Positions 31,018 through 40,707 are shown, numbered from the stretch's first letter. The stretch: DNA of 64,000 nt from Candidatus Doudnabacteria bacterium (GCA_041497195.1 JBGQGB010000001.1:73904-137903); one strand, 5' to 3'. Program-made: numbers and translations. Notes: generated by a model from the sequence alone, not told the origin.

Positions 31018-31683
31018 TTACTTGCACTGCAGGGCGGCCAGACACTGCGCTCTCTGATCTGCAGCGACATTGTTGCAAGCAGCGCACTGCAAAGCCTTCA
31101 TATCCTGCGGCGAGGGCGGCGGGCTGCCCGGTGTGGGTGCTGGTGGCGTGCCCTGCGGCATCATGCTGGCGGTGTCAGTGAAGTTCACTCCGGCCGGCAA
31201 GTTGAATTTGGCAGAATCAACCGACCAGGAGGAGCACTTGTAATCCAGCTTACGGTTCGCATCCGCGGCCGCTGAATTCTGAGTGGCACCGCCCTGGCCC
31301 GTGGACATAATCACCTTGTAGCCAGTGCTCTGTCCCTCCATCCAGGTGTAAGCCGTGGTTCCATCGCTGATCATATGAGATGAGACATTCGTGCCATTGG
31401 CATTAGCCATGAAATCCCCGCGCATTTTCCCGCCCCCCACGTAAATGGTGCCGTTTGTAACCGCACCGCTGGTATCGTCAGCAAAAGTACACTGCTGGCT
31501 TTTCCCGGCCGCAAATAGGTCTGTGATGGACTGCGGCCCTGCAGTCTGGCTTTGCGGAGTCTGCGTGTTTGTGTTAGTGCCTGTCCCCGGAGCTTGCGCT
31601 GTTTGCGTGCGGGACTTGAGGGAGAAATAGCCGCCGACTATGACCAGAATAGCGACTAGTACCCAAGCGAGCTTTTTGTTCAT
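31018..31683 (-). CDS. Hypothetical exported protein
   Basis: Signal/TM, QCTF...GGKMRGDF...YKCSSW...F.LP, C-terminal CAAC...C...C. Confidence 0.7.
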   Translation of the reverse strand: MNKKLAWVLVAILVIVGGYFSLKSRTQTAQAPGTGTNTNTQTPQSQTAGPQSITDLFAAGKSQQCTFADDTSGAVTNGTIYVGGGKMRGDFMANANGTNVSSHMISDGTTAYTWMEGQSTGYKVIMSTGQGGATQNSAAADANRKLDYKCSSWSVDSAKFNLPAGVNFTDTASMMPQGTPPAPTPGSPPPSPQDMKALQCAACNNVAADQRAQCLAALQCK

Positions 31684-31760
31684 AATTTGTGTCTCTAAAA
31701 ATTAATATTACTTTGTCCTCATCATATCGCTTTCCGGCTTTTCTGGGAAGTCAGTTTTCC

Positions 31761-31844
31761 CTATTGCTTGCGCAGGCTCTCCCACAACCCCAGGAGATTG
31801 CCTTCACTATCCTCAAAATAGGCAGTATAACCCATGTCCCCGAC
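31761..31844 (-). pseudogene. C-terminal remnant of a VOC/glyoxalase gene
   Basis: VGDMGYTAYFEDSEGNLLGLWESLRKQ*, with an in-frame stop two codons upstream. Confidence 0.75.
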
Positions 31845-32575
31845 TAATTATTTGAAGTAGCTTTTTCCGCAGGGTAAGTCCCGTCAAAATACAACTGGCC
31901 CTCCGAAAAGGTCAGGGAATGGATGGAAAAATTCGGCACTGACGCGATCCAGTCCTCTAGAAACTTCCCGCCCGCGGCCTGGGCCTCACTGCTGAAAAAC
32001 GAGGCAGGGACCGAGACTTTGCCTACGATGGCCTGCTGCAAATTTAGCTGTACGTGATTGTCAGTCACTGAGGCGACCCCACGCAAATAAATAGGCGGAT
32101 CAGAGGGAAGGTATTTCAAATAATCCTGTATCCTGGAAAGTTCTCCGGCAGGAAGGTTTTTCGCTTGGGCGAATCCTAGGAGATGGTCTTTATGCAAAAT
32201 CGCGGAGAGCTCTACCAAACCGTCATTGCTGATCTTCACCTGCGCGTCTGAGAGCGGAAAATATTTCCACTTGCCAGCATTGAGATTGGCCGTCAGCTCA
32301 CTTTCGGTAAAATCATGCTTGATGGCGACCTGGCTGGAAAACTTCAGACTCTGTGCTGGCGCCAAACCGGCCGGCAGATCGTCAACCTTCACCCCAGTCT
32401 TAGCGCGAAAACTCTCAAGATCAGCAGACGTATAGGCAACTCCGAGGTCGCGCGGCTTGTCTGAGCCAAACAGGGAGGACAGGCCTGGGACAAAACCGAG
32501 GTAGCCCAAGATGAGCAGGACAACCACTGCCAAAAATATAATTATTTTGAAAATAAATTTGAGAGATTTGAACAT
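31844..32575 (-). CDS. Hypothetical membrane-anchored protein
   Basis: 243-aa ORF, N-terminal TM, KPRDLGV motif. Confidence 0.65.
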   Translation of the reverse strand: MFKSLKFIFKIIIFLAVVVLLILGYLGFVPGLSSLFGSDKPRDLGVAYTSADLESFRAKTGVKVDDLPAGLAPAQSLKFSSQVAIKHDFTESELTANLNAGKWKYFPLSDAQVKISNDGLVELSAILHKDHLLGFAQAKNLPAGELSRIQDYLKYLPSDPPIYLRGVASVTDNHVQLNLQQAIVGKVSVPASFFSSEAQAAGGKFLEDWIASVPNFSIHSLTFSEGQLYFDGTYPAEKATSNN

Positions 32576-32664
32576 TGAATTTTTTTAATAATGAAAGTGC
32601 GTCTTTATCATAAAGCGTTAGAGCAATTTACAAATGCGAGAGGGCGAAACAAATCAAGTAAAAT

Positions 32665-33063
32665 TTATTTCGCCCCCATGTCCCCACTGAAATTCCAACC
32701 TGCTTCGGTCAGGTAGACTCTCTTCTGAGGTCCCTCCTGATTACCTATTTCGACCAGACCCATATCTGCCATGACTAAGATATACACGTCCAGAGGCACG
32801 TCCTGAAAGATCTCACGTAGCCGCTGAATAGGAGCGGCAAGGCCTTCCTGGATGAGTTGATCAGCAATCAGCTCCATCGACTTCAGAGCCACGTCTGCAA
32901 GCCTCCTCGATCCGCGCAAATACTCTCGGCAGTTTTCGCAACGCAGCAGGTGTTTTCCCAGTGCTCGTCGGTCTGACTCGGTCAGCTCATCATAATAACA
33001 TTCCGAGATGAGCGAGCATAACCGCGACCGGGCCGCCTGACCACCAGTCTTTTGCCTGTTCAT
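32665..33063 (-). CDS. zf-HC2 protein with C-terminal winged-helix-like segment
   Basis: AAGGAGGGG SD; HLLRCENC; GLVEIG...RVYLTEAG. Confidence 0.65.
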   Translation of the reverse strand: MNRQKTGGQAARSRLCSLISECYYDELTESDRRALGKHLLRCENCREYLRGSRRLADVALKSMELIADQLIQEGLAAPIQRLREIFQDVPLDVYILVMADMGLVEIGNQEGPQKRVYLTEAGWNFSGDMGAK

Positions 33064-33164
33064 GTCCCCTCCTTGGCAAATCTCATCTTACCATTGGTCC
33101 GCCATCTGTCCAGTCAATAAACTTGGAAAAAAACATATTTGAATTTGCAGCTGTCGCTCTTTTT

Positions 33165-33317
33165 TTATTCCTCAGATTTAGTTTTGACCTCGGAGTGCTC
33201 ACCGTCATCACAATTGCACTCTAGAAGGGGCTGGCCTTGGAGCGAGCATCCTTCGGTGTCGCAATTTTTCGGGTGATCTGCTACCCCGCCGCAAGCCGGA
33301 CAAACGTAGTGAGTCAT
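33165..33317 (-). CDS. 50-aa Cys/His-rich protein (missed by the ORF track)
   Basis: MTHYVCPACGGVADHPKNCDTEGCSLQGQPLLECNCDDGEHSEVKTKSEE*. Confidence 0.7.
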   Translation of the reverse strand: MTHYVCPACGGVADHPKNCDTEGCSLQGQPLLECNCDDGEHSEVKTKSEE

Positions 33318-33386
33318 GGGAGTTTAAAAATTTAATTGTTTCTATAATTCATTTTACTCCCTTTGCTCTCCCCTTCCAAACCGCTT

Positions 33387-33459
33387 TCACATTTGCGTCG
33401 GGATCACAGGCCTATTTGAGGTGATGGCAATCGCGTGCTCGGTGCGATTCCAGGGAGTC
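33387..33459 (-). pseudogene. Decayed second copy of the map 3' end
   Basis: DSLESH(-2 nt)EHAIAITSNRPVIPTQM* versus map GSLAAHFEHTIALTQNGPVILTV*. Confidence 0.8.
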
Positions 33460-33488
33460 TTGACATTTTTTATATTGTCCCTTACAAT
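33460..33488 (+). promoter_or_regulatory. sigma70 promoter pointing antisense into the NYN gene 3' end
   Basis: TTGACA-17 nt-TACAAT. Confidence 0.75.
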
Positions 33489-33494
33489 ATAGTC

Positions 33495-33553
33495 GAATCA
33501 TGACGAAAAAGCACTTCTTTGGGTTCCGTCCCTCAGCGGTGCTTTTTCATTTT
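33495..33553 (+). ncRNA. Candidate ~60-nt antisense hairpin RNA overlapping the NYN stop codon
   Basis: gaaaaagcac/gtgctttttc 10-bp stem with inner ggg/ccc helix and U-rich tail, directly after the promoter. Confidence 0.5.
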
Positions 33554-34036
33554 GTATTCCAGTCGATTTCTCAAGTTATTCAAAAAATCGATTTTATCTC
33601 GAGCGGACCTTTTCAGCAGAATTGAACACTTCTCCTTGTTTGGACTAATGACTTTTTCCAACTTTTTATTTTTATGCAAATACTCAACTAGAGAATAAAA
33701 ATCCCCGTCACTGGTGACGATCACGGCCTTGTGGTAATTGGGACAATCAAGCATCGCGCGCAACACCAAATCCGCGTCCACATTTCCTTTGACTAGCCCG
33801 TCTCTCGGTTTTAACACCGGTTTGAAAACCAGAACATAACCAGTCTCCTGCAGAAACTGATAGAGTGTCTGATTCTCCGGCATATAGCCTATGAATAAAT
33901 AAGCCTTGGTAACGGCGTATTTTTCTGACAGGTACACTCTGAATCTGGCATAACTCAGCTTCCAACCGAGAGACTGAACTCCGAGGTTGAGGTTTTGGCT
34001 ATCGATAAATGCGTAATTTTGTTCCTTTTTTTTCAT
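33533..34036 (-). CDS. NYN-domain (LabA/DUF88, PIN-like) protein
   Basis: FIDSQNL, KGNVDADL, TSDGDF acidic motifs. Confidence 0.9.
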   Translation of the reverse strand: MKKKEQNYAFIDSQNLNLGVQSLGWKLSYARFRVYLSEKYAVTKAYLFIGYMPENQTLYQFLQETGYVLVFKPVLKPRDGLVKGNVDADLVLRAMLDCPNYHKAVIVTSDGDFYSLVEYLHKNKKLEKVISPNKEKCSILLKRSARDKIDFLNNLRNRLEYKMKKHR

Positions 34037-34050
34037 GACTGAAAAGCTTA

Positions 34051-34815
34051 CTAGACAGTGAGGATCACGGGTCCGTTTTGGGTGAGCGCGATGGTGTGCT
34101 CGAAATGCGCGGCCAGAGAGCCGTCCGCAGTGGCCACAGTCCAGCGGTCAAGCAAAAATTTTACCTGGTACGAGCCTGTGGTAAACATGGGCTCTATAGC
34201 CAGAACCATGCCGACCTTGAGTCGCGGCATCGAACCGGCGCGGCCGTAATTGGGCACGTTCGGCATTTCGTGGATCGCGTGCCCAACGCCGTGCCCGACC
34301 AGATCGCGGATTATCCCAAAACCAGCCTCGTCCGCCACTTTCTGGATGGCCGCGGCAATATCGCCGATGGTATGGCCTGGAACAGCCTGCTCGATCCCCT
34401 TCTCGAGCGCCAGCTCGGTGGTCGCGATTAGCTTGTGAGCGTCGCTGCTGACCGTGCCCACTGGCACGGTGATAGCTGCGTCTGTGTAGAGGCCCTGGTA
34501 TTTGATACCAAAATCCAGGCCGATGATATCGCCGTCTTTGAGTACCCTGGTCCGGCTTGGGATTCCATGGACCACCTCGTCGTTTATGGAGGTACACAAA
34601 ACCGCCGGATAGGGCGGTCCATCGGGTACGATTTTGTACCCTTCAAAAGCGCTAGTAGCGCCGGCTTTTTTTATTTCCTCCCGGGCCAGCTCGTCGAGTT
34701 CCCGGGTCGTGATTCCAGGTCGGACTCGTTTGGCCACAAGGCTCAGTATGGCCGCCAAAATCTTGCCCCCTTCTCGGAGTGTTTCGATTTCTTTTGCTGT
34801 TTTAACGAGGCTCAT
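34051..34815 (-). CDS. map: Methionine aminopeptidase type I
   Basis: VVHGIP, GHGVG, AIEPM, AHFEHT. Confidence 0.96.
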   Translation of the reverse strand: MSLVKTAKEIETLREGGKILAAILSLVAKRVRPGITTRELDELAREEIKKAGATSAFEGYKIVPDGPPYPAVLCTSINDEVVHGIPSRTRVLKDGDIIGLDFGIKYQGLYTDAAITVPVGTVSSDAHKLIATTELALEKGIEQAVPGHTIGDIAAAIQKVADEAGFGIIRDLVGHGVGHAIHEMPNVPNYGRAGSMPRLKVGMVLAIEPMFTTGSYQVKFLLDRWTVATADGSLAAHFEHTIALTQNGPVILTV

Positions 34816-35389
34816 TTTCCTCCTCCGGAATATTCAACCACTTCTGGAAGGCCGCAATTATACTTTCAATGACCTGCTCCAAGCTATTAGCTGCAGTATC
34901 AACGACTAAGTCAAATTGCGTTTTATCGGTAACATCTATGCCGTACAAGCTGCGGTACCGCTCTTGCTCGCTTCTGACTCGTTTAAACGTGTTCTTCTGA
35001 ACTTCTTCGATTGACGCTCCAGCTTGGCTGGTTCTCCCTTCTTTCTGAATCTGCGCAAACGTCCGCTCAGCCGCTGTTCTGGGGTCAAGATCCAAAAAAA
35101 CTTTGAACGAATTTGGTATCCAGTGGTAAGCCGTGCGCGAATCGACCACGAGATGGTCCTGCTCCTTCCCTATTTTCTGCAGAAGCTGGTCGACTGCGTC
35201 ATCAATTTCTTTTTGTTTTTCAGCGAGAAAATTGAGTTGTTCCACAGTGACGCCCCTGTCTGCGGCCATTTTCCTGAACAAGTCGCCAGATGAAAAATGC
35301 TCGTATCCCAGTTTATTGGCAAGCACTTTTGCGGTGCTAGATTTTCCGCTACCCGGAAGCCCGGTAACGGTGATGATATGTTTTTTCAT
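34802..35389 (-). CDS. cmk: Cytidylate kinase, archaeal type
   Basis: GLPGSGKSS, SSGDLFR, VDSR, RYRSLYGID. Confidence 0.82.
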   Translation of the reverse strand: MKKHIITVTGLPGSGKSSTAKVLANKLGYEHFSSGDLFRKMAADRGVTVEQLNFLAEKQKEIDDAVDQLLQKIGKEQDHLVVDSRTAYHWIPNSFKVFLDLDPRTAAERTFAQIQKEGRTSQAGASIEEVQKNTFKRVRSEQERYRSLYGIDVTDKTQFDLVVDTAANSLEQVIESIIAAFQKWLNIPEEENEPR

Positions 35390-35464
35390 TTAAATCGATC
35401 TTTTGGGCAAAGGAAATCTTTAAGCCTGTGGATCGGCGGAAGGGACCAAAACAATGATTGGGTT

Positions 35465-36106
35465 CTAAAATCCTAATTTCTGCAAAATTTCCTGGTGCAC
35501 AGAATCGATCGAGGAAGCCCCGTCTACGGTGATGAGCTTGCCTTCCTTGACGAATTCCGCGATCATCGGCTGCGTCTCGCTCCGGTAAAGATCCAGGCGC
35601 TTGCGGATGGCTTCGGGCTTGTCATCATCGCGCTGGATGAGCTTGCCCCCGCAATTCTGGCAAGAATCGTACTGACCCGCAATGTAGACTGAACCGCACA
35701 GCTCGCAGGTCACCCGCATGGATAACCGGCGAATGCTTTCCTCCTCGGTCAAATCTATGAGCAGGGCCTGGTAATCCCCGCGCCCGGTCCCGGGCCAAAA
35801 CTCTCTGAGCAGCTGGTATTGCTGCAAAGTTCTGGGAAACCCGTCGATGATGATGCCTTGCTCCCGCGAGATTTTCAGAAGTTTCTGCTGGATGACTTCG
35901 GCAATGAGTGCCGGCTCCACGAGCTCGCCTTTGACATTGATGATTTCGTGGACGCGCCGAGCAAGGTCAGTGTCTTCCTTGGCCATCTCGCGCAAACTTG
36001 CCCCCGCGTCTATCACAACGAGATTGAGCTTGTCCGCCAGGAGCCGGGCCTGAGTCCCTTTGCCGGAACCCTGGGGTCCTAAAAAAAATAGATTAAAAAC
36101 CTTCAT
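35465..36106 (-). CDS. adk: Adenylate kinase with Zn lid
   Basis: GPQGSGKGTQA, DGFPR, CELC/CQNC, QRDDD. Confidence 0.93.
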   Translation of the reverse strand: MKVFNLFFLGPQGSGKGTQARLLADKLNLVVIDAGASLREMAKEDTDLARRVHEIINVKGELVEPALIAEVIQQKLLKISREQGIIIDGFPRTLQQYQLLREFWPGTGRGDYQALLIDLTEEESIRRLSMRVTCELCGSVYIAGQYDSCQNCGGKLIQRDDDKPEAIRKRLDLYRSETQPMIAEFVKEGKLITVDGASSIDSVHQEILQKLGF

Positions 36107-37379
36107 AGTCGCGCATCACTAGCTGCGATTCGATCTGGTTCACTGTCTCAATCACCACTGCCACCACGATCAGCAGACTGGTGCCGCCGATGCTCAGGGA
36201 CTGGGTGTGGGTAAAAATCTGCATTAAAAACGGCAGTACCGCGATGAGGCCGAGGAAAACCGCACCAGCCAAAGTGATCCGGTTCAAGACCCGGTACAAA
36301 AACTCCGCGGTCTGCCGCCCCGGGCGCAGGCCCGGGATAAAACCGCCCTGTTTCTGGATGTTCTCGGCAATGTCTTCGGGATTAAAAACGACAGCCGTGT
36401 AGAAATATGTAAACACGACTACGAGAAAAAAATAGGCGAAGCCGTAAAAAGTCTGGTTTTGGAAAAGCGCGGCCATGCTTGCCGCAAAATGCGCGATGAC
36501 CGGAGTTTTGGCATTGACCAAAAAATTGGCGATCACCCCGGGAAACAGCAGGATGGAGATGGCAAAAATGATCGGGATGACGCCGGCGGTATTGATCCGA
36601 ATCGGCAAATGGGTATTGACCCCGCCGTAGAGCTTGTCGCCGCGCACCCGTTTGGCGTAAGACACGGGAATATTGCGAGTGGCTTCGGTCATGACGACAA
36701 CGCCCAAGACCACGACAAAAGCAATCACGACAAACCCGAGGATCGTCGGCAGCTGAGACAATTCAAAAATCTGGAGATTCTGGCCGATCGCGGTCGGCAA
36801 CCGGGCCACGATCCCCGCAAAAATGATCAGGGAAATCCCGTTGCCGATATTGTATTCGGTGATGAGCTCGCCGATCCACATCAAGATGAGCGTCCCGGCT
36901 GTGACGGAGAGAAGCATAATCACCCATTGCACCGGCGTCAAAAATCCGAGCACGCTGACCCCGCCGGTGCGGGCTCCGCGCGAGAGCAAAGTGATCGTAC
37001 CAAATCCCTGCAGCATGCCCAACGGCACGGTCAAATAACGGGTGTACTGGTTAATTTTGGCCCGGCCCTGATCGCCTTCTTTTTGCAGCTCAGCCAGGCT
37101 GGGAATGATGATGGCCATAAGCTGCAAGATGATCGAGGCGGTGATATAAGGCCCGACCCCGAGCATGGCGATCGAGAAATTGGAGAGGCCGCCGCCAGAA
37201 AAAATGTCCAGCAAGCCGAACAACTGATTTTGACTGAAAAATTGCCGTAAAGCCCCGACATTGACGCCCGGAATCGGGACCGCGGCCATTACGCGCGTCG
37301 CGGCCAAAAGCAAAAACACCATCAAAATTTTGATGCGAAGGTCTTTGAGTTTCCAAATTTGAAAAAGTTTACGAAACAT
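36093..37379 (-). CDS. secY: Preprotein translocase SecY
   Basis: [38 protein letters not shown]. Confidence 0.98.
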   Translation of the reverse strand: MFRKLFQIWKLKDLRIKILMVFLLLAATRVMAAVPIPGVNVGALRQFFSQNQLFGLLDIFSGGGLSNFSIAMLGVGPYITASIILQLMAIIIPSLAELQKEGDQGRAKINQYTRYLTVPLGMLQGFGTITLLSRGARTGGVSVLGFLTPVQWVIMLLSVTAGTLILMWIGELITEYNIGNGISLIIFAGIVARLPTAIGQNLQIFELSQLPTILGFVVIAFVVVLGVVVMTEATRNIPVSYAKRVRGDKLYGGVNTHLPIRINTAGVIPIIFAISILLFPGVIANFLVNAKTPVIAHFAASMAALFQNQTFYGFAYFFLVVVFTYFYTAVVFNPEDIAENIQKQGGFIPGLRPGRQTAEFLYRVLNRITLAGAVFLGLIAVLPFLMQIFTHTQSLSIGGTSLLIVVAVVIETVNQIESQLVMRDYEGF

Positions 37380-37815
37380 CGAGAACTGTCCCTCCTGCTT
37401 TCTCGACTGCGGCTTTGGCCGCGGCCGACAATTTTACGCCTTTAATTTGGTATTTCTTCGAGATGCCGTCTTTGCCCACGATTTTGACCGGAGCGGTCAA
37501 AAAATCGATGAGGCCCTCGGCCCGCAAAGTTTTAGGCGAAACCAGGCTGCCGGTAGGAAACTTTGACTCGATCACCCTAAGCTGGATGGCTAAGGCTTTC
37601 GGGTAAATGGATTTGAAACCTCGGACTTTGGGCAATTGCCGAATAAGCGGCATCCGTCCGCCCTCAAAGCCGGGCCGGATGTAGCCGCCGCTTCTGGATT
37701 TCTGGCCTTTGATGCCACGGCCCGCGTACGTGCCGTACCCAGAACCGGAACCGCGGCCGACGCGCTTGCGGTCTTTCTTCGGCAATCTTGGTTTGAGATC
37801 TGATAGATTGAGCAT
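37369..37815 (-). CDS. rplO: 50S ribosomal protein L15
   Basis: [20 protein letters not shown]. Confidence 0.96.
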   Translation of the reverse strand: MLNLSDLKPRLPKKDRKRVGRGSGSGYGTYAGRGIKGQKSRSGGYIRPGFEGGRMPLIRQLPKVRGFKSIYPKALAIQLRVIESKFPTGSLVSPKTLRAEGLIDFLTAPVKIVGKDGISKKYQIKGVKLSAAAKAAVEKAGGTVLDVS

Positions 37816-37829
37816 GGCTGATAAATAGT

Positions 37830-38303
37830 TTAACTTGTAGGCTGCGGGAGTTTCAGCGGAGATTTCAGCCGCCGCAACGCCTCATAAGTGGCGCGCACGT
37901 TGCTGATTTTATTCGAGGAACCGAGCATCTTGCTAGAAATATTTTTGATGCCCGCCAGAATCAACACGGCCCGCACCGGTCCGCCCGCTATGATCCCGCT
38001 GCCAGGTTTGGCCGGTTTCAGGAGCACGTCCGCGGCTTTGTATTTGACCTGGATCATATGGGGAATTGTTCCGTCAATTATCGGAGTCTGGATGAGATTC
38101 TTCCTGGCCTGGCCAGTGGCTTTGCCAATGGCATCGGACACGTCGGTCCCCTTCTTCAGTCCGACCCCGACTCTGCCGTTGTGGTCCCCGATCACGACCA
38201 GAGCCCTAAAACGCATGCGTTTCCCGCCGGCCACCACGCGGGTGACCCTTTTTATCTCTACCACCTTGCTGTCAAATTCTTTTTTGATAACTTCGTGTTG
38301 CAT
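37830..38303 (-). CDS. rpsE: 30S ribosomal protein S5
   Basis: [15 protein letters not shown]; no rpmD between rpsE and rplO. Confidence 0.97.
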   Translation of the reverse strand: MQHEVIKKEFDSKVVEIKRVTRVVAGGKRMRFRALVVIGDHNGRVGVGLKKGTDVSDAIGKATGQARKNLIQTPIIDGTIPHMIQVKYKAADVLLKPAKPGSGIIAGGPVRAVLILAGIKNISSKMLGSSNKISNVRATYEALRRLKSPLKLPQPTS

Positions 38304-38333
38304 CGTCGCAATTTTGGATTACCTGTTTATAAA

Positions 38334-38678
38334 CTAAATTTTCAGTCCAGCCTCGCGGGCGGCCTCGGTGACAGCCTTCACCCGACCGTGATATTTGTAA
38401 CCACCACGGTCAAATACCGCTTCTTTGATCCCTAGTTTGTGCGCCCGCTCTACCAGCAGTTTTGCCACTGCCGCAGCACCCGCGCCTTTGCCCTTTATCT
38501 TGGCGGTTTCCAGGGTGGAGGCCTGGGCGACAGTCTTGCCAGCCTCGTCGTCGATGAGCTGCAAATGGGTGTGTTGGTGGCTGCGGAACACGGAAAGACG
38601 CGGACGTTTGGCCGTACCGATGACTCTTGCCCGGATGCGTTTATGCCTTCTTATGCGGTTAACTTGTTTTTTCAACAT
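38334..38678 (-). CDS. rplR: 50S ribosomal protein L18
   Basis: RPRLSVFRS, FDRGGYKYHGRV. Confidence 0.97.
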   Translation of the reverse strand: MLKKQVNRIRRHKRIRARVIGTAKRPRLSVFRSHQHTHLQLIDDEAGKTVAQASTLETAKIKGKGAGAAAVAKLLVERAHKLGIKEAVFDRGGYKYHGRVKAVTEAAREAGLKI

Positions 38679-38689
38679 AATATTTAGAT

Positions 38690-39241
38690 TTAGCCGGCGC
38701 CCACGGCTTTGACGACTTTGCCGGCCTTTCTGCGAACGATTTCGTTCTGATATTTAATCCCTTTGCCTTTGTACGGCTCCGGTGGGCGCTGGCTCCTGAT
38801 GACAGCGGCAAATTCTCCCACAACTTGGTTGTCAGATCCGGCCACTGAGATGGTATTTTTTTCAACTTTCACCTCCAAGCCTTTGGGCACTGGCAGTTCA
38901 ATCGGGTGCGAATAGCCAAGGTTGAGGGTAAGTTTACCCGCACTCACCGCCGCCTTGTAGCCCACACCCACGATGTCGAGTTTGCGTTCAAAACCAGTAG
39001 TCACGCCTGCAATCATATTATACAAAAGCGAGCGCATCGTCCCCCACAGTGCTTTTTGCCTGCGGTCCTCGGGATTGTTGACTGTGACTTTGAGCTCTGG
39101 CCCGGACACGGTAGCCTGAACTTTCGGATGGATCGCTTGCTTGAGCTCCCCTTTCGGCCCGGTCACGACAGCCAAGCCGTCTTTGATACTGACGGTGACG
39201 CCACTCGGAATGACTATTAACTTTTTGCCGATTTTTGACAT
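38690..39241 (-). CDS. rplF: 50S ribosomal protein L6
   Basis: MSKIGK, PEPYKGKGI. Confidence 0.97.
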   Translation of the reverse strand: MSKIGKKLIVIPSGVTVSIKDGLAVVTGPKGELKQAIHPKVQATVSGPELKVTVNNPEDRRQKALWGTMRSLLYNMIAGVTTGFERKLDIVGVGYKAAVSAGKLTLNLGYSHPIELPVPKGLEVKVEKNTISVAGSDNQVVGEFAAVIRSQRPPEPYKGKGIKYQNEIVRRKAGKVVKAVGAG

Positions 39242-39242
39242 A

Positions 39243-39638
39243 TTACCAGATTTGACAAATTACTTCTCCGCCCATTTTTTCTTTGCGCGCCTGCTTGTCG
39301 GTCATGAGGCCTTTGGAAGTGGAAATAATGATGGCGCCCAGACCCGAGCTCATCCTAGGAATGTCGGCCACCTTGGCGTAAATCCGCTGGCCGGGTTTGC
39401 TCACGCGTTTGAGTCCGCTGATGGCAGGCTCGTCTCCGGCATACTGCAGCGTCAGCTTCAAAAATTTTGCCTTGCTTTCTTCTTCCACGATTTCGGCTTT
39501 GGAGAGCCAGCCCTGGGCCAATAGCAAATCCGCCAAACTTTTCTTTAGCGCAGAGTGCCGCACGACTACTTCCTGCTTTTTGACGGCAAGAGCGTTGCGG
39601 ATCTGAGTGAGCATTTCTGAAATTGGATCAGTCGTCAT
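39243..39638 (-). CDS. rpsH: 30S ribosomal protein S8
   Basis: DPISEMLTQIRN, SKPGQRIY, STSKG. Confidence 0.97.
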   Translation of the reverse strand: MTTDPISEMLTQIRNALAVKKQEVVVRHSALKKSLADLLLAQGWLSKAEIVEEESKAKFLKLTLQYAGDEPAISGLKRVSKPGQRIYAKVADIPRMSSGLGAIIISTSKGLMTDKQARKEKMGGEVICQIW

Positions 39639-39644
39639 ATGGAT

Positions 39645-39830
39645 TTACCAGCTGGCCTTAATTATTCCGGGGATTTCGCCCTTTTGCGCCAGTTCGCGGA
39701 AACAAATGCGGCACAGATCAAAATCGCGCATATAACCGCGGATGCGGCCGCAGCGCCAGCACCGCCTCATTTTGCGGGAGGAAAATTTGGGCGTCCGTTT
39801 GGCTCTTGCGATTTGACTCTTTTTTGCCAT
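39645..39830 (-). CDS. rpsN: 30S ribosomal protein S14, zinc type
   Basis: CWRCGR...CRICFRE. Confidence 0.96.
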   Translation of the reverse strand: MAKKSQIARAKRTPKFSSRKMRRCWRCGRIRGYMRDFDLCRICFRELAQKGEIPGIIKASW

Positions 39831-39838
39831 AAAATTTC

Positions 39839-40381
39839 CTAATCGTTAAAGGGGAAACCGAATCTTTTCAAAAGTTGATAGCCGGCATCGTCGGTTTTGG
39901 CCGTCGTGACGATGCTGACCTCAACGCCGAAATTACCCTGCCCTTCTTCCTGGGCCATCTCCGGAAAAATCAAGTGTTCGCGCAATCCCAAAGAGTAATT
40001 CCCGCGGCCGTCAAACCCTCGCCGGGACACTCCCCGAAAATCACGCGTGCGAGGCAGGGCCGCGTTGATGAGTTTGTCCAAAAACTCATACATGCGCTTA
40101 CCACGCAAAGTCACGGCCAGTCCGACGATTTGTCCTTGCCGAGTTTTGAAGCCAGAAATCGCTTTCTTCGCCTTGGTAATGACTGGCTGCTGACCGGTAA
40201 TCTTTCTGACTGCTTCAACGAACCCATCGAGAGCTTTGGGTTGGGCCTGCAACTGCTTGCCCAAACCCGCGTTGACCACGACTTTCACGAGCCGCGGCAA
40301 AGCCAAAAGATTGGCTATCCCAAGGTCCGCCTTGAGCTGTGGTGCGATTTTCGTCTTGTATTGTTCGAGTAGTCTGGTCAT
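39839..40381 (-). CDS. rplE: 50S ribosomal protein L5
   Basis: [18 protein letters not shown]. Confidence 0.97.
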   Translation of the reverse strand: MTRLLEQYKTKIAPQLKADLGIANLLALPRLVKVVVNAGLGKQLQAQPKALDGFVEAVRKITGQQPVITKAKKAISGFKTRQGQIVGLAVTLRGKRMYEFLDKLINAALPRTRDFRGVSRRGFDGRGNYSLGLREHLIFPEMAQEEGQGNFGVEVSIVTTAKTDDAGYQLLKRFGFPFND

Positions 40382-40394
40382 TAGTATAAATCGG

Positions 40395-40706
40395 CTAAAA
40401 ACGGCGCTGACACTTTTTACAAACCCGCGTCTTCATCCCTTTCTCGTCAGTCAAATACCCCACGCGGGTGGGCTTGCGGCAATGCGGGCAGACAATCATC
40501 AGATTGGACGCGTCCATGGGCCTCGGAAACTGGACTTTTTGTCCTTTTTGCCCGCTCTGCTTCGGCTTCTCATGCCGGCTGTAAATATTGTGGCCCTCGA
40601 CAGTGGCTTGGCCGGTTTTGCCGGACACAAAAATGACCTTTCCGGTTTCGCCCCGGTCTTTGCCGCTGAGGATTTTGACTGTATCGCCCTTTTTTAGCGT
40701 CAACAT
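40395..40706 (-). CDS. rplX: 50S ribosomal protein L24
   Basis: KKGDTVKILSGKDRG; start at MLTLKK. Confidence 0.95.
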   Translation of the reverse strand: MLTLKKGDTVKILSGKDRGETGKVIFVSGKTGQATVEGHNIYSRHEKPKQSGQKGQKVQFPRPMDASNLMIVCPHCRKPTRVGYLTDEKGMKTRVCKKCQRRF

Positions 40707-40707
40707 A

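Noticed and set aside
33505-33548. preQ1-I riboswitch (GGUUC core)
   Set aside because: No A-rich 3' tail and no downstream plus-strand gene.
37815-37830. Absence of rpmD (L30) as a novelty
   Set aside because: Already established for CPR bacteria; used only as a taxonomic clue.
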